Shown: positions 1 to 10,989 of the stretch, in pieces
How the letters are laid out: every line of letters begins with the position of its first letter
How positions within the stretch are numbered: the stretch's first letter is position 1
Assembly (NCBI GenBank): GCA_016213135.1
Contig: JACRBQ010000098.1
Coordinates: forward strand, 6,221 to 70,220
Length of the DNA stretch: 64,000 nucleotides
DNA from: Chloroflexota bacterium
GTDB taxonomy: Bacteria > Chloroflexota > Anaerolineae > Anaerolineales > VGOW01
Reading direction: 5' to 3'
The notes under the pieces: generated by a model
Told to the model about the DNA's origin: nothing
What the model saw: the letters and a program-made list of their open reading frames with translations, nothing else
The model's database searches: none
Made by a program: the position numbers and the translations under genes

Positions 1-1075
1 GGTCGAAGACCTGCGCGAGGAGTTTGCCAGAGACTATCTCTTCAAGCTGCTGAAGTCCGGCGCGGTGTATGAGCACACATACCTGCTCGGCACGTCGGTG
101 GCCCGCCCGCTCATCGCCACTCATCAGGTGAAAGTGGCCGAGGCCGAGGGGGCCGACGCGGTGGCCCACGGCTGCACCGGCAAGGGCAACGATCAGGTGC
201 GGTTCGAGTTGACATTCACCGCGCTCAACCCCCGGCTCAAAGTGGTGGCCCCGTGGCGCGAGTGGAGCATCCGTTCCCGCGAGGACGCGCTGGCCTACGC
301 CAAAGCCCACAACGTGCCCGTGTCCGCCACCATCAAATCCATTTACAGCCGCGACGAAAACCTGTGGCACATTTCGCACGAGGGCGGTCTGCTGGAGAAC
401 CCGGCCAACGAACCCGACGAGGCGATGTATCAACGCTCGGTATCGCCGGAGAGCGCGCCCGACGCACCGGCCTATGTGGAAGTGACGTTTGAAAAGGGCG
501 CGCCGGTCGCCCTCAATGGGGAGGCATTGTCGCCCGCGTCGCTGATAGCCAGGTTGAACGAAATCGGCGGGGCGCACGGCGTGGGACGCGTCGATCTGGT
601 GGAGAACCGGCTGGTGGGCATGAAGTCGCACGGCGTATACGAAACGCCCGGCGGCTCCATTCTGGTGGCCGCGCACCGCGAACTGGAGTCCGTTTGCCTC
701 GACCGCGAAATGCTGCATTACAAACAGGGCATCGCGCTCAAGTATGCCGATCTGGTATACAACGGCCAGTGGTATACGCCCCTGCGCGAGGCGCTCGATG
801 CGTTCATTGACGTGACCCAGCAGACCGTGAGCGGCACGGTGAAGCTCAAGCTATACAAGGGCAACATCATCACCGCCGGGCGCTGGAGCGACTTTTCGCT
901 CTACCGCGAAGATTTCGCCACCTTTGGCAAGGAAGACGTGTACGATCAGTCCGACGCCGAGGGCTTCATCACCCTGTTTGGCTTGCCCATGAAGGTGCAC
1001 GCCATGATGGACGTGGCCGCCAGCGGCAAGACCCGGTATCGCGAGCCGGATTATTCGAAGTTCAAAAGAGACTGA
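1..1075 (+). CDS. argG: argininosuccinate synthase, 5'-truncated by window edge
   Basis: Frame 2 is open from base 2 ([39 protein letters not shown]...). ArgG-like motifs HISHEGG and [24 protein letters not shown]. Stop at 1073-1075. Confidence 0.93.
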   Translation, partial: VEDLREEFARDYLFKLLKSGAVYEHTYLLGTSVARPLIATHQVKVAEAEGADAVAHGCTGKGNDQVRFELTFTALNPRLKVVAPWREWSIRSREDALAYAKAHNVPVSATIKSIYSRDENLWHISHEGGLLENPANEPDEAMYQRSVSPESAPDAPAYVEVTFEKGAPVALNGEALSPASLIARLNEIGGAHGVGRVDLVENRLVGMKSHGVYETPGGSILVAAHRELESVCLDREMLHYKQGIALKYADLVYNGQWYTPLREALDAFIDVTQQTVSGTVKLKLYKGNIITAGRWSDFSLYREDFATFGKEDVYDQSDAEGFITLFGLPMKVHAMMDVAASGKTRYREPDYSKFKRD

Positions 1076-1084
1076 TGTTCATTG

Positions 1085-1154
1085 CAGAATGCGGATTGCA
1101 GATTTCAGATTGGCGCTGCCGTTCCGAAATCCGCAATCTAAAATCTGAAATCTG
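1085..1154. repeat. junction palindrome built from CAGATTT/AAATCTG-type units
   Basis: CAGATTTCAGATT (1099-1111) is the reverse complement of AATCTGAAATCTG (1142-1154). GCGGATT (1091-1097) pairs with AATCCGC (1128-1134). It fills the argG-argH gap. Confidence 0.8.
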
Positions 1155-1156
1155 AA

Positions 1157-2611
1157 ATGAAACTCTGGGGCGGTCGTTTCGAGGGCAACATCGATCCGCT
1201 GGCGATGCGGCTGAACGCCTCGTTGGCCGTGGATCAGCGCCTGTGTGATGTGGACATCCGCGGCAGTGTGGCCTGGGCGCGGGCGCTGGCCCGGGCCGGG
1301 GTGATTGCCCCCGCCGAAGCCGAGACGCTGTGCGCCGGTCTGCAAAAGGTGTGGGCCGAGTTCAACGGTGGGGCGTTCCGATATGCGGCCGGCGACGAGG
1401 ACATTCACACTGCCGTGGAACGCCGTCTCGGCGAGATCGCCGGCCCGGTGGCGGGCAAGTTGCACACCGGGCGCAGCCGCAACGATCAGGTGGCGACGGA
1501 TTTCCGGCTGTGGCTGGCGGAGGCCATCGACGTGCTGGCGCTGCGCCTCGACCACTTGCAGGGCGCGCTGACGGCCAAGGCCGAGGCCGAGCTGGAAACC
1601 GTGCTGCCAGGTTACACCCACACCCAACGCGCCCAGCCCATCCTGTTCAGCCATTGGCTGCTGAGCCACTACTGGGCGCTGGAACGGGATCAGCAGCGGT
1701 TGGCGCAAACGCGCGCGCGGGTGATGACGATGCCGCTGGGATCAGCCGCACTCGCCGGCACAGGCTTCCCGATTGACCGGGCGGCGCTGGCCGCCGATCT
1801 GGGGTTTGAATCCATTGCCCCCAACAGCGTGGACGCCGTGGGCGACCGCGACTTTGCGGCGGAGTTTCTGTTCGACGCGGCGTTGGCGGGCATTCACCTG
1901 AGCCGCATGGCCGACACGCTGATTCTGTATTCCACCGCGGAGTTTGGCTTTGTGGAAATGAGCGACGCCTATTCCACCGGTTCCAGCATCATGCCGCAAA
2001 AGAAGAATCCCGACATGCTTGAGCTGGCGCGAGGCAAAGCCGGGACGCTGCTGGGAATGCTGACGGGTTTGTTGGCGGTGCTCAAGGGGCTGCCCTCGGC
2101 CTACGACAAGGATTTGCAGGAAGACAAAGCGCCGGTGTTTGCAGCATTCGACACGCTCGACGTGCTGCTGCCGGTGCTGGCCGGGACCGTTGCCACCATG
2201 CGAGTCAACCGCGAGCGGATGCGCGCGGCGGTGGATGCCAGTTTGCTGGCCACCGACCTCGCCGACCATTTGGTGAAGAAGGGCGTGCCCTTCCGGCAGG
2301 CGCATGGTTTGGTGGGGCGGGTGGTGCGCAAGGCGCTGGAGGCAGGCGTCAGTATGGATCAGTTGAGCGCTGCCCAGCTTCGCGAGGTGAGCGATCAGTT
2401 TGACGACGAGGCCGTGGCGGTGTTGAGCGGGGCGTCTCTGTTGGCTGGGCGCACCGTGGCCGGCGGCACGGGACTCGACTCGGTGCGGGCGCAGCTTGCC
2501 AAGGCGCGCGAACATGGCGCACACGCCCCTGCCTCGCCGGACGACACCCATTGGCCTGCCCGTCACATTGACCAAACACACTCGGAAGATATTATGCATC
2601 CTGCCTCGTGA
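1157..2611 (+). CDS. argH: argininosuccinate lyase
   Basis: MKLWGGRFEG... N-terminus, fumarate-lyase signature region GSSIMPQKKNPD. 484 aa with a ~25 aa C-terminal tail beyond the usual end. Confidence 0.95.
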   Translation: MKLWGGRFEGNIDPLAMRLNASLAVDQRLCDVDIRGSVAWARALARAGVIAPAEAETLCAGLQKVWAEFNGGAFRYAAGDEDIHTAVERRLGEIAGPVAGKLHTGRSRNDQVATDFRLWLAEAIDVLALRLDHLQGALTAKAEAELETVLPGYTHTQRAQPILFSHWLLSHYWALERDQQRLAQTRARVMTMPLGSAALAGTGFPIDRAALAADLGFESIAPNSVDAVGDRDFAAEFLFDAALAGIHLSRMADTLILYSTAEFGFVEMSDAYSTGSSIMPQKKNPDMLELARGKAGTLLGMLTGLLAVLKGLPSAYDKDLQEDKAPVFAAFDTLDVLLPVLAGTVATMRVNRERMRAAVDASLLATDLADHLVKKGVPFRQAHGLVGRVVRKALEAGVSMDQLSAAQLREVSDQFDDEAVAVLSGASLLAGRTVAGGTGLDSVRAQLAKAREHGAHAPASPDDTHWPARHIDQTHSEDIMHPAS

Positions 2612-2755
2612 CGGGTTACACGGCGCGTGATAAACTGCTGCCCATGATTGTTGCGTTGCTGTCCAGCCGTGAGTTCCGTCTTCCGAAGCGCCCACATCGG
2701 GGTCTCGGTTAGTTTGGCTTGCGTAGCGCGCGCACGAATACAGGCCACCCAACGA

Positions 2756-2787
2756 GGCCCCTCCACACGAGGGGTCTTTTATTTTTT
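2756..2787 (+). terminator. rho-independent terminator downstream of argH
   Basis: Stem CCCCTC(2758-2763)/GAGGGG(2769-2774), loop CACAC, followed by TCTTTTATTTTTT. Confidence 0.75.
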
Positions 2788-2788
2788 C

Positions 2789-2821
2789 AGACCGACGCGG
2801 TCTTTAAGACCGCGTCGGTCT
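2789..2821. repeat. perfect 15-bp-arm palindrome just upstream of the lysW RBS
   Basis: AGACCGACGCGGTCT-TTA-AGACCGCGTCGGTCT. No T-tract on either strand. Ends 5 nt before the AAAGGAG RBS of lysW. Confidence 0.85.
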
Positions 2822-2841
2822 ACAAAAAGGAGATTTTGAAA

Positions 2842-3006
2842 ATGACAACCTGTCCTGAATGCGAAGGCGCACTGACGCTAGGCGCGGACGTGATTGCCGG
2901 CGAGATCGTGGTGTGCGGCGACTGCGGCGTGGATCTCGAAGTGCTGAGCATTACGCCCCTTACGCTGGCCCCGGCGCCGCAGGAGGCCGAAGATTGGGGG
3001 GAGTAG
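2842..3006 (+). CDS. lysW: amino-group carrier protein LysW
   Basis: 54 aa. Zinc ribbon CPEC...CGDC and the diagnostic acidic C-terminus ...EAEDWGE. RBS AAAGGAG at 2826-2832. The 95-aa ORF-track form was trimmed to Met42. Confidence 0.92.
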   Translation: MTTCPECEGALTLGADVIAGEIVVCGDCGVDLEVLSITPLTLAPAPQEAEDWGE

Positions 3007-3058
3007 AAAATGATCGCTTCGCGCGCGGAATGATGAGTGATGAGTGATGAATGATGAT

Positions 3059-3931
3059 ATGAAGATAGGCGTTCTGTTATCGCGGGTTCGCGTTGAAGAG
3101 AAGTGGCTGCTCGAGGCGCTCGACAAGCGCGGCCTGGCCTACGACCGGCTCGACGACCGTGAAGTGCAATTCAATTTGGATGCGCCCGGCGCGTGGGCCG
3201 ATTACGATGTGGTGCTGGAGCGCAGCATTTCGTTTGGGCGCGGGCTGTACGCCACCAAAGTGCTCAATGCCTGGGGCATCCCCACGGTGAACATGGCGGC
3301 CGTAGCCGAGACCTGCGGCGACAAGCTGGCCACCTCCACCGCGCTGCGCACGGCCGGCGTGCCCCAGCCCAACGTGCGCCTGGCCTTCACGCCCGAGAGC
3401 GCGCTGGCGACGATTGAGGAGATGGGTTACCCCGTGGTGCTCAAGCCGGTCATCGGCTCGTGGGGGCGCATGGTGTCCAAGGTCAACGACCGCGACGCCG
3501 CCGAGGCCATCCTCGAACATCGCGAGGTGCTCGGCAATTACCAGCAGCGGATTTTCTATATTCAAGAATTGATCAAAAAACCCGGCCGGGACATTCGCGC
3601 TTTCATCGTCGGCGATCAAACCATTGCCGCCATCTACCGGACGTCGGGCCACTGGATCACTAACACCGCCCGGGGTGGTCAGGGAAGCGTGTGCCCGGTG
3701 ACGCCGGAGTTGCACGCCATTTGCGCCGCGGCGGCCAGGGCCGTGGGCGGCGGTGTGCTGGCCATTGACCTGCTCGAAGACCCGAACCGGGGTCTGCTGG
3801 TGAACGAGGTCAACCACACCATGGAATTCCACACCACGGTGCCCACCACCGGCGTGGACATCCCGGGCTTCATCATTGATTACACGGTGGCGGTGGGCCG
3901 GCGGCGCGCCGAAGGCGCCAGCGCTCGATGA
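3059..3931 (+). CDS. lysX: LysW-glutamate/aminoadipate ligase (ATP-grasp, RimK/LysX family)
   Basis: [21 protein letters not shown]... aligns with LysX N-termini; ATP-grasp motifs follow. Alternative starts at 3044 (GTG) and 3047 (ATG). Stop overlaps the next start (ATGA). Confidence 0.88.
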   Translation: MKIGVLLSRVRVEEKWLLEALDKRGLAYDRLDDREVQFNLDAPGAWADYDVVLERSISFGRGLYATKVLNAWGIPTVNMAAVAETCGDKLATSTALRTAGVPQPNVRLAFTPESALATIEEMGYPVVLKPVIGSWGRMVSKVNDRDAAEAILEHREVLGNYQQRIFYIQELIKKPGRDIRAFIVGDQTIAAIYRTSGHWITNTARGGQGSVCPVTPELHAICAAAARAVGGGVLAIDLLEDPNRGLLVNEVNHTMEFHTTVPTTGVDIPGFIIDYTVAVGRRRAEGASAR

Positions 3932-4971
3932 CGGGCAGGCTCCGGATTGCGATATTCGGCGCATCGGGCTACACCGGCGGCGAATTGCTGCGGCTGTTGC
4001 TGTTCCATCCGCAGGTGGAGGTGGCGCAGGCCATTTCGCAGAGCTACGCCGGCGAGTTCGTCCACAGCCAGCATCCCAATTTGCGCAAGCGCACCCAGTT
4101 GCAATTCACCAGCCGCGACGCGCTCAAAGAGTGCGACGTGCTGTTTCTGGCTGTGCCGCACGGCCAGTCGCAAAAGCAGATCGATCACTTTGCAAGGTTT
4201 GCCCCGAAGATTATCGACCTTTCGGCGGACTTTCGGCTGCGCGATAGCGCGCTGTACGAGCGATGGTACGGCGAGAAGCACGCCGCGCCAGAATGGCTGG
4301 GCAAGTTCGTGTACGGCCTGCCGGAGCTTCAGCGCGAGGCTATGAAAACGGCGAGCTACGTCAGCGGGGTGGGGTGCAACGCCACTGCCGCCAACCTGGC
4401 CCTGCTGCCGTTGGTCAGGGCCGACCTGCTGCACCCCACCAAGCCGGTGGTGGTCGATCTCAAAACCGGCTCCTCCGAGGGCGGCGCGGCCGTGAACCCC
4501 GGCTCGCACCATCCCGAAAAGAGCCACTCGGTGCGGTCGTATGCGCCCACCGGCCACCGCCATACGGCGGAAGTGATTCAGGAATTGGGCCTGCACGACG
4601 TGCATCTGAGCATGACGGCAGTGGAACTGGTGCGCGGCGTGTTGGCGACGGCGCACGCCTTTCTCAAACCGGGCGTGACGGAGAAGGATTTGTGGCGGGC
4701 GTATCGGGCAGCGTACGCCGGCGAGCCGTTTGTGCGGATTGTGAAAGACAAGGGCGGCATTCACCGTATGCCGGACCCGAAGATTCTGGCCGGGTCAAAC
4801 TTTGCCGACGTGGGCTTCGAACTGGACACCGAGTCGGGGCGAGCCGTTTCGCTGGCGGCTATAGATAATCTGATGAAAGGCGCCTCCGGTTCCGCGGTGC
4901 AGGCCATGAACATCATGTGCGGCTTTGAGGAAACAGCCGGGCTGGAGTTTCCGGGGCTGCATCCGATTTGA
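3928..4971 (+). CDS. lysY: N-acetyl-gamma-glutamyl-phosphate / LysW-aminoadipyl-phosphate reductase
   Basis: [21 protein letters not shown]-binding N-terminus, catalytic GVGCNATA region. ArgC/LysY family. Confidence 0.92.
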   Translation: MTGRLRIAIFGASGYTGGELLRLLLFHPQVEVAQAISQSYAGEFVHSQHPNLRKRTQLQFTSRDALKECDVLFLAVPHGQSQKQIDHFARFAPKIIDLSADFRLRDSALYERWYGEKHAAPEWLGKFVYGLPELQREAMKTASYVSGVGCNATAANLALLPLVRADLLHPTKPVVVDLKTGSSEGGAAVNPGSHHPEKSHSVRSYAPTGHRHTAEVIQELGLHDVHLSMTAVELVRGVLATAHAFLKPGVTEKDLWRAYRAAYAGEPFVRIVKDKGGIHRMPDPKILAGSNFADVGFELDTESGRAVSLAAIDNLMKGASGSAVQAMNIMCGFEETAGLEFPGLHPI

Positions 4972-4985
4972 GTGTGGGGGTGAGG

Positions 4986-5044
4986 GGGTATGGGAGTGTG
5001 GGAGTATGGGTGTCGTGCGCCCATACTTCCACACTCCCACACCC
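4986..5044. repeat. junction palindrome, GTGGGAG/CTCCCAC units
   Basis: Left arm GGGTATGGGAGTGTGGGAGTATGGG (4986-5010) against right arm CCCATACTTCCACACTCCCACACCC (5020-5044). 25 positions, 2 mismatches. Confidence 0.88.
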
Positions 5045-5059
5045 AAACTGTGAAGTGCA

Positions 5060-5863
5060 ATGATTGTCGTTAAGATCGGCGGAACTAACGGGGTGAACGT
5101 GGACGCGGTGATGACCGACATCGCCGCGTGCGTGACCGCCGGGCAGAAGATGATCGTCGTGCACGGCGGTTCGGGCGAGACGAACGCCATCTCCGAACAG
5201 CTCGGCCACCCGCCGCGCTTCGTCACCTCGCCCTCGGGCTATACCTCGCGCTACACCGACCGGGCCACGCTGGAAATCTTCGCCATGGTCACGTCGGGCA
5301 AAATCAACACGCTGCTCGTTGAGAAGCTGCAAAAGCTGGGCGTCAACGCCTTCGGCCTGTCGGGCGTGGACGGGCGGCTGATGGTGGCCCGACGCAAAGA
5401 GGCCATCCGCATTGTGGAGAATGGAAAGCAGCGCATGCTGCGTGACGATTTCACCGGCAAGATCGAAACCGTGAACGGCCCATTGCTTGCGCTGCTGGTG
5501 GACGCCGGATACACGCCCGTGATTGCTCCTCTGGCGATCTCGCCCGAGGGGGAGGCGTTGAACGTGGACGCCGATCGGGCGGCGGCCATGGTGGCCGGGG
5601 CGGCAGGGGCTGGGCAGTTGATCATCCTCTCCAACGTGCCGGGGCTGCTGCGGCAGTTTCCCGACGAAAGCACGCTCATTGCGCACATTGATAAAGCGAA
5701 GGTGGAACAATCGCTCGAATTTGCCGAGGGCCGGATGAGAAAGAAGGTGCTGGGCGCGAGCGAGGCCCTGGCGCTGGGCGTGGGCAAAGTGGTGTTCGCC
5801 GACGGGCGAGTCGAGAGGCCGGTAGCGAATGCGCTGGCGGGCCAGGGGACGGTAATCTCGTAA
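5060..5863 (+). CDS. lysZ: LysW-aminoadipate / acetylglutamate kinase (amino acid kinase family)
   Basis: MIVVKIGGT...MIVVHGGSG...NVDADRAAA motifs of the ArgB/LysZ family. Confidence 0.9.
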   Translation: MIVVKIGGTNGVNVDAVMTDIAACVTAGQKMIVVHGGSGETNAISEQLGHPPRFVTSPSGYTSRYTDRATLEIFAMVTSGKINTLLVEKLQKLGVNAFGLSGVDGRLMVARRKEAIRIVENGKQRMLRDDFTGKIETVNGPLLALLVDAGYTPVIAPLAISPEGEALNVDADRAAAMVAGAAGAGQLIILSNVPGLLRQFPDESTLIAHIDKAKVEQSLEFAEGRMRKKVLGASEALALGVGKVVFADGRVERPVANALAGQGTVIS

Positions 5864-6573
5864 TGTTCTCAAAATCAGCGGGCTTCTATGACGCGATTTA
5901 TGCAGCCGTCGGCAAAGACTATGTCCACGAGGCCGGGACTCTGCACACCATCATTCGACAACACAAACGCTCTCTCGGAAACGCACTGTTGGACATTGCC
6001 TGTGGCACAGGAGCGCATGTTCAGGCGTTGGCGCAGTATTACGATGTGACCGGCCTTGACCTCGACCCGAACATTCTGGATGTGGCTCGCCGGCGTTGCC
6101 CCAACGTTGCCTTTTATCAGGCCGACATGGCCGATTTCTTCCTTGAGCATAAGTTTGACGTGGTGGCTTGCCTGTTCAGTTCGATCGGATACGTCAAGAC
6201 TTTGGAGCGGTTGCGACAGGTAATCGCCGCCATGAAAAAGCATCTGCATCCGGGCGGAGTGTCGATCGTCGAGCCGTGGTTTCCTCCTGGCGTGTTGCAA
6301 TCAGGCAATGTCTACGCTGCGTTTGTCGATCAGCCGCAACTGAAAATTGCTCGAATGAATGTGCATGAGATCGTAGAGAACGTGTCGATCTTGAACTTTC
6401 ACTATCTGGTCGCTACCCGTCAGGGAGTGGAACATTTCACCGAACAGCATGAATTGGGATTGTTTACTCACGAAGAGTATCAGTCTGCCTTTCAGTCGGC
6501 AGGGTTTGAGACGATCCACGACTCTAAAGGTTTGGACGGGCGAGGGCTATACATCGGTATGAATCCGCTATGA
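5863..6573 (+). CDS. class I SAM-dependent methyltransferase (low-GC insert in the lys cluster)
   Basis: FYDAIY..., motif I LLDIACGTGAH, post-I VTGLDLD. TAATG overlap with lysZ and ATGA overlap with lysJ. Sampled 60-nt stretches are about 48% GC, against about 65% in lysJ. Confidence 0.8.
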   Translation: MFSKSAGFYDAIYAAVGKDYVHEAGTLHTIIRQHKRSLGNALLDIACGTGAHVQALAQYYDVTGLDLDPNILDVARRRCPNVAFYQADMADFFLEHKFDVVACLFSSIGYVKTLERLRQVIAAMKKHLHPGGVSIVEPWFPPGVLQSGNVYAAFVDQPQLKIARMNVHEIVENVSILNFHYLVATRQGVEHFTEQHELGLFTHEEYQSAFQSAGFETIHDSKGLDGRGLYIGMNPL

Positions 6574-7739
6574 CAATACAAGAACTCGAAACTCAATATA
6601 CCTCCGGCCTGTACACCAAACGCCCCATCGCCATTATTCGCGGCAACGGGGCGCATTTGTGGGACAGCGACGAGAACGAATACATTGACTGCGTGGGCGG
6701 GCAGGGGGCGGGCAATCTGGGCCACGCCAACCCGGCCGTGGCGGCGGCCATTGCCGCCCAGGCACAAATCCTCATCAGTTGCCCGGAGATGTTTTACAAC
6801 GACCGCCGGGCCGAGTTGATTCAGAAGCTGATCGGCATTGCGCCGAACAGCATCCGGCGGGTTTATTTGTGCAACTCCGGCACGGAGGCCGTGGAGGCCT
6901 GCCTGAAGTTCGCGCGACTCGCCACCGGGCGCAAGGAATTTGTGGCCACGATGCGCGGGTTCCACGGGCGCACCCTGGGGGCGCTTTCGGCCACGTGGGA
7001 GAAAAAGTACCGCGAGCCGTTTGAGCCGCTCGTCCCCGGCTTCAGCCACGTGGCCTATAACGATCTGGCCGCGCTCGATGCGGCGATTACCGATCGGACG
7101 GCGGGCGTGATACTTGAAGTGGTGCAGGGCGAAGGCGGGGTGCGGCTCGGCACGCCGGAATTTTTGTTGGGGGCGCAGGCCCTGTGCCGCGAGCGGGGCG
7201 CCATGCTGATCCTCGACGAGGTGCAGACCGGTTTCGGGCGCACGGGCCGGATGTTCGCCGGCGAGCATTACGGGCTGGCGCCGGATTTGATGTCCGTGGC
7301 GAAATCCATGGCCGGGGGACTGCCCATGGGCGCGGCGCTCATCGGCGAGCGGGTGGGGCCGCTGCCGCCGCAAACGCACGGCTCGACCTTTGGCGGCAAC
7401 CCGCTGGCGTGCGCGGCCTCGCTGGCGGCCATTGACTACCTTCAATCGCATCATCTGCCCGAGCACGCCGCCGAGCTGGGGGCGTGGTTCGCCGCCGAAC
7501 TCCGAAAAATCGACTCGCCGCTTATCCGCGAGGTGCGGGGGCTGGGGCTGATGGTGGGGATCGAACTCAAGCAGAAGGTCACGCCCTACTTGCAGGCACT
7601 CATGGCAAAAGGCGTGCTGGCCCTGCCCGCCGGATTGACCGTCATGCGCTTCTTGCCGCCGCTGGTGATCGAACAGGATGACTTGAGCCGGGTAGTGAAT
7701 GCGGTGCGGGAAGTGCTGACGGATGACCGCATCGCCTGA
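6570..7739 (+). CDS. lysJ: acetylornithine / LysW-aminoadipate-semialdehyde aminotransferase (class III PLP)
   Basis: [41 protein letters not shown] (PLP lysine region). Confidence 0.92.
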   Translation: MTIQELETQYTSGLYTKRPIAIIRGNGAHLWDSDENEYIDCVGGQGAGNLGHANPAVAAAIAAQAQILISCPEMFYNDRRAELIQKLIGIAPNSIRRVYLCNSGTEAVEACLKFARLATGRKEFVATMRGFHGRTLGALSATWEKKYREPFEPLVPGFSHVAYNDLAALDAAITDRTAGVILEVVQGEGGVRLGTPEFLLGAQALCRERGAMLILDEVQTGFGRTGRMFAGEHYGLAPDLMSVAKSMAGGLPMGAALIGERVGPLPPQTHGSTFGGNPLACAASLAAIDYLQSHHLPEHAAELGAWFAAELRKIDSPLIREVRGLGLMVGIELKQKVTPYLQALMAKGVLALPAGLTVMRFLPPLVIEQDDLSRVVNAVREVLTDDRIA

Positions 7740-7778
7740 CGCACGGTACAGATAGCAACTTCGTCCTTCAGCCAATCC

Positions 7779-9107
7779 ATGAGCGAACAATTCCCCTTCC
7801 GTAATTACCGGCCTCGCGCGTTGGAGATCGTCGACACCACCCTGCGCGACGGCCAGCAGACCTCGTTGTTGCACGACCACCACAAGTATTTTTTTAGCCG
7901 CACGGACAAAGAAGAAATCGTCCGGGCGCTCATTATTTACGGGGTGAAGTTCATTGAACTGTTTGCCCCGGTGGTCAGCCCGCAGGAGCGCGACGACTTT
8001 GTGGCCCTGCGCGAAGTGCGCGACAGCCTGATCACGCAAAAGGGCTACACCTTTCTGCTGGCGCACGTGCGCTGCCACGCGCGCGACGTGCAGAGCGCGG
8101 TGGAGGCCGGGGCCGACGGCCTCAATCTGTACATGGGCACGTCGGCGGAGTCGCGGCATTACAACCACGGCAACGATCTGGAGGCCATTGTGGACAGGGC
8201 TGCCCCGCTTATCGAGGAAGTGCGGCGCAATTACCCGCACCTGATTTTGCGCTTCAGCGGCGAAGACGCCTTTCGCACGCGGCTGGAGGAACTGTTCCAT
8301 GTTTACGATGCGATAGCGCCGCACGTGGATCGGCTGGGCATGCCCGACACGGTAGGGGTGGCGACCCCGGCGACCGTGGGGCGGCGAGTGGCTGCCCTCC
8401 GCGGCCGATACCCCCGCATCGATCTCGAAGGCCACTTCCACGACGACCGGGGCTTGTCACTGGTCAATGCGCTGGAGGCGGCGCGGCACGAAGTGCGCTA
8501 CATGAACACCACGCTGCTGGGCATGGCCGAGCGATCCGGCATCACCAGCATGACCGCGCTGCTGTTCAACCTGTATCTGGATCGCGAGTTCGACAAGTTG
8601 GAGGGCTATCACCTGCGCGGCTCGTATCCGATCAACGTGCTGGCCGCCGACAAGCTGAAGATGCTCGTGCCATCCAAAGAGCCGGTGAGCCTGACCAACC
8701 GCACGCACACGGCGGGCGTACACCAGAGCGCGGTGCTCAACGACTCGTCGGCCTACGAGGCGCACCCGTATGATCTGTTCGGCGTGAGCGAATCGGAGAT
8801 TCTGCTCGGCCCGCTTTCCGGCTGGAACATCATTCACTATTTCCTGAAGGAGATTCGCTACTATCAGCTCGACGAGGCGACGGCGAAGGAGATTGCGGCA
8901 GTGTTCAAAGAGCGCGTGTATCAGCTCGCGCCGGACGTGTCGCCGGAGCAAGTGCTGATTGCCGTTGCCGAAAAAGAGTTCGGGCTGGCGCGGCTGGAGC
9001 TGCCCGAAACAGCGCGAACGCAAATTGTTCAACGGCTGGATTCGCCTGCGGCTGTTCGCCTAGTGGGGTTGGCCGGCGTGCCGCTAAAGGTCGCGGAAGT
9101 TGACTGA
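7779..9107 (+). CDS. homocitrate synthase-like (HMGL/LeuA/NifV family)
   Basis: [11 protein letters not shown] motif and a DRE-TIM barrel-like sequence. Sits directly upstream of the homoaconitase genes. Substrate specificity is inferred from context only. Confidence 0.75.
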   Translation: MSEQFPFRNYRPRALEIVDTTLRDGQQTSLLHDHHKYFFSRTDKEEIVRALIIYGVKFIELFAPVVSPQERDDFVALREVRDSLITQKGYTFLLAHVRCHARDVQSAVEAGADGLNLYMGTSAESRHYNHGNDLEAIVDRAAPLIEEVRRNYPHLILRFSGEDAFRTRLEELFHVYDAIAPHVDRLGMPDTVGVATPATVGRRVAALRGRYPRIDLEGHFHDDRGLSLVNALEAARHEVRYMNTTLLGMAERSGITSMTALLFNLYLDREFDKLEGYHLRGSYPINVLAADKLKMLVPSKEPVSLTNRTHTAGVHQSAVLNDSSAYEAHPYDLFGVSESEILLGPLSGWNIIHYFLKEIRYYQLDEATAKEIAAVFKERVYQLAPDVSPEQVLIAVAEKEFGLARLELPETARTQIVQRLDSPAAVRLVGLAGVPLKVAEVD

Positions 9108-10435
9108 TGATGGACACGGTCGCGGGAACAACCCGCTCTCGTGGTTATACTTTTGCAGAGAAGGCGCTGGCCCGCGCCGCCGGGCTGCCGAGCGCGGCCG
9201 CCGGGCAGGTGGTGGACGCCCGCCCCGACGTGGCGCTGTCGCACGACAACACCGCGGCTATTGCCCGCATCTTTCGCGCCATTGGGCTGGAGCGCGTAGC
9301 CATCCCCGACAAAATATGCGTCACGCTCGACCACGCCGTGCCTGCGCCCACGGCGCGGCACGCGCAGAACCACGCCGAGGTGCGGGCCTTCGTTCGCGAA
9401 CAGGGCATCGAGAATTTCTTCGAGGTGGGGCGCGGCGTTTGCCATCAGGTGTTCGGCGAAGAAGCGCTGGTGCTGCCGGGGCAGTTGATTTTGGGATCGG
9501 ACAGCCACACCACGCACTTCGGCTGGATGGGCGCATTTGGCGCGGGTGTGGGCCGCACCGAAATGGCGGCCATCTGGGCCACGGGCGAGTTGTGGTTGCG
9601 CGTGCCGGAGAGCATCAAAGTGATCGTCACCGGCGAACTGGGGCGCGGCATCACGGCCAAGGATCTGTGTTTGGATTTGATCGGCAGATTGGGGGCCGAT
9701 GGCGGGTTGTATCAGTCGGTGGAGTTTCACGGCGAGGGCATTGCCCGGCTGTCGCTCGAAAGCCGCATGGTCATCCCCAACATGATGGCCGAGCTTGGCG
9801 CGAAGAATGCGTGGCTGCCGCCCGATGAGGCGGTGTTCGACTATTTGGCGGAGCGGAGAGCCAGGCGACAGAAGTCAGATGTCGGAAGTCAGAAGTTGGA
9901 TATTCTGGCGAATGCCATCTACCCGGATGGTGATGCGGTGTACGCCAACACGCACACGATGGACGCTTCGCGGATCGAGTTGACTGTGGCCTGCCCTCAC
10001 GCTGTGGACAACGCCCGACCGTTGCGCGAAGTGGCCGGCACGCGGGTGCATCAGGCTTTCATCGGCACGTGCACCAACGGGCGATTGGAAGACCTTGCGG
10101 CGGCGGCGGCGATTCTGAAAGGGAAGCGTGTCGCCACCGGGACGCGACTGCTGATCATCCCCGCCTCGGCCGAGGTGTATGGCGACGCGATACGGCTGGG
10201 GCACGCGCAAACGCTGATGGACGCCGGGGCGGTGTTCGGGGTGCCGGGGTGCGGGCCGTGCATGGGCAACCATATGGGCGTGCCGGCTCCGGGCGAGGTG
10301 TGCATCTCGACTGCCAATCGCAACTTCAAAGGCCGCATGGGCCAGCCCGACGCCGACATTTATCTGGCGAGTCCGGCGGTGGTGGCGGCGAGCGCGGTGG
10401 CCGGCGTGATTGCCGATCCGAGGGAGATTGAGTAG
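9107..10435 (+). CDS. hacA: homoaconitase / 3-isopropylmalate dehydratase large subunit
   Basis: GSDSHTT, GTCTNGR and PGCGPCMG Fe-S ligand motifs. TGATG overlap with the upstream gene. Confidence 0.9.
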   Translation: MMDTVAGTTRSRGYTFAEKALARAAGLPSAAAGQVVDARPDVALSHDNTAAIARIFRAIGLERVAIPDKICVTLDHAVPAPTARHAQNHAEVRAFVREQGIENFFEVGRGVCHQVFGEEALVLPGQLILGSDSHTTHFGWMGAFGAGVGRTEMAAIWATGELWLRVPESIKVIVTGELGRGITAKDLCLDLIGRLGADGGLYQSVEFHGEGIARLSLESRMVIPNMMAELGAKNAWLPPDEAVFDYLAERRARRQKSDVGSQKLDILANAIYPDGDAVYANTHTMDASRIELTVACPHAVDNARPLREVAGTRVHQAFIGTCTNGRLEDLAAAAAILKGKRVATGTRLLIIPASAEVYGDAIRLGHAQTLMDAGAVFGVPGCGPCMGNHMGVPAPGEVCISTANRNFKGRMGQPDADIYLASPAVVAASAVAGVIADPREIE

Positions 10436-10461
10436 GGGAGTGTGGGGGTGTGGGAGTGGTT

Positions 10462-10986
10462 ATGATGGTTGGCAAAGTGTGGAAGTATGGCGACGGGGTG
10501 AACACGGACGTGATCTTCCCCGGCAAATACACGTATACGTTGAAGGAGCCGTCGGAGATCGCGGCCCATGCGCTGGAAGACCTCGATCCCAATTTTGCCC
10601 GCGAAGCGCGGGCGGGTGATGTGATCGTGGCCGGGCGCAACTGGGGCAACGGCAGTTCGCGCGAGCAGGCAGTGACGGCGCTGAAGTACCGAGGCATTGC
10701 GGCAGTGGTGGCAAAGTCGTTCGCGCGGATCTATTTCCGCAACGGAATCAATCAAGGCTTGCTGCTCGTCACTTGCCCCGAAGCCGTGGATGCGGCACAG
10801 GCCGGCGACATGATTGAGATCGGTTTGCCCGCCAGCCTCATCCGACTGGGCGGGCGCGAGTTCCCCTTTCCGCCGCTCTCGCCTACTGCTCTGGGCATCA
10901 TCGAGGCCGGCGGGTTGGTGCAGCACATCCGGCGCAAGTTGGGGCTGGCGAGCACTGAGGCCGTAATCGTGAGTTCGGGGGAATGA
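10462..10986 (+). CDS. hacB: homoaconitase / 3-isopropylmalate dehydratase small subunit
   Basis: MMVGKVWKYGDGVNTDVIFPGKY..., GRNWGNGSSREQA. GGGAG RBS at 10452-10456. ORF-track start 10450 trimmed to ATG 10462. Confidence 0.88.
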   Translation: MMVGKVWKYGDGVNTDVIFPGKYTYTLKEPSEIAAHALEDLDPNFAREARAGDVIVAGRNWGNGSSREQAVTALKYRGIAAVVAKSFARIYFRNGINQGLLLVTCPEAVDAAQAGDMIEIGLPASLIRLGGREFPFPPLSPTALGIIEAGGLVQHIRRKLGLASTEAVIVSSGE

Positions 10987-10989
10987 TGA

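Noticed and set aside
2612-2756. 145-nt segment between the argH stop and its terminator as an sRNA, riboswitch or small ORF (ORF 2648-2839).
   Set aside because: No recognisable RNA motif is present. The ORF product is Arg/Ser-rich nonsense that runs through the terminator and palindrome. It is left as unexplained 3' UTR.
6492-8441. Very long ORFs antisense or out of frame to annotated genes: 6492-8441 (-), 17213-18400 (+), 18457-19797 (-), 21294-23147 (+), 26098-28140 (+), 40772-41995 (-), 48292-49647 (+), 55677-57075 (-), 57198-58472 (+), 29570-30556 (+).
   Set aside because: Their translations are Arg/Gly/Pro/Ala/His-rich with no recognisable motifs. This is typical of shadow ORFs in about 65% GC DNA. 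The opposite or alternate frame encodes clearly conserved enzymes.
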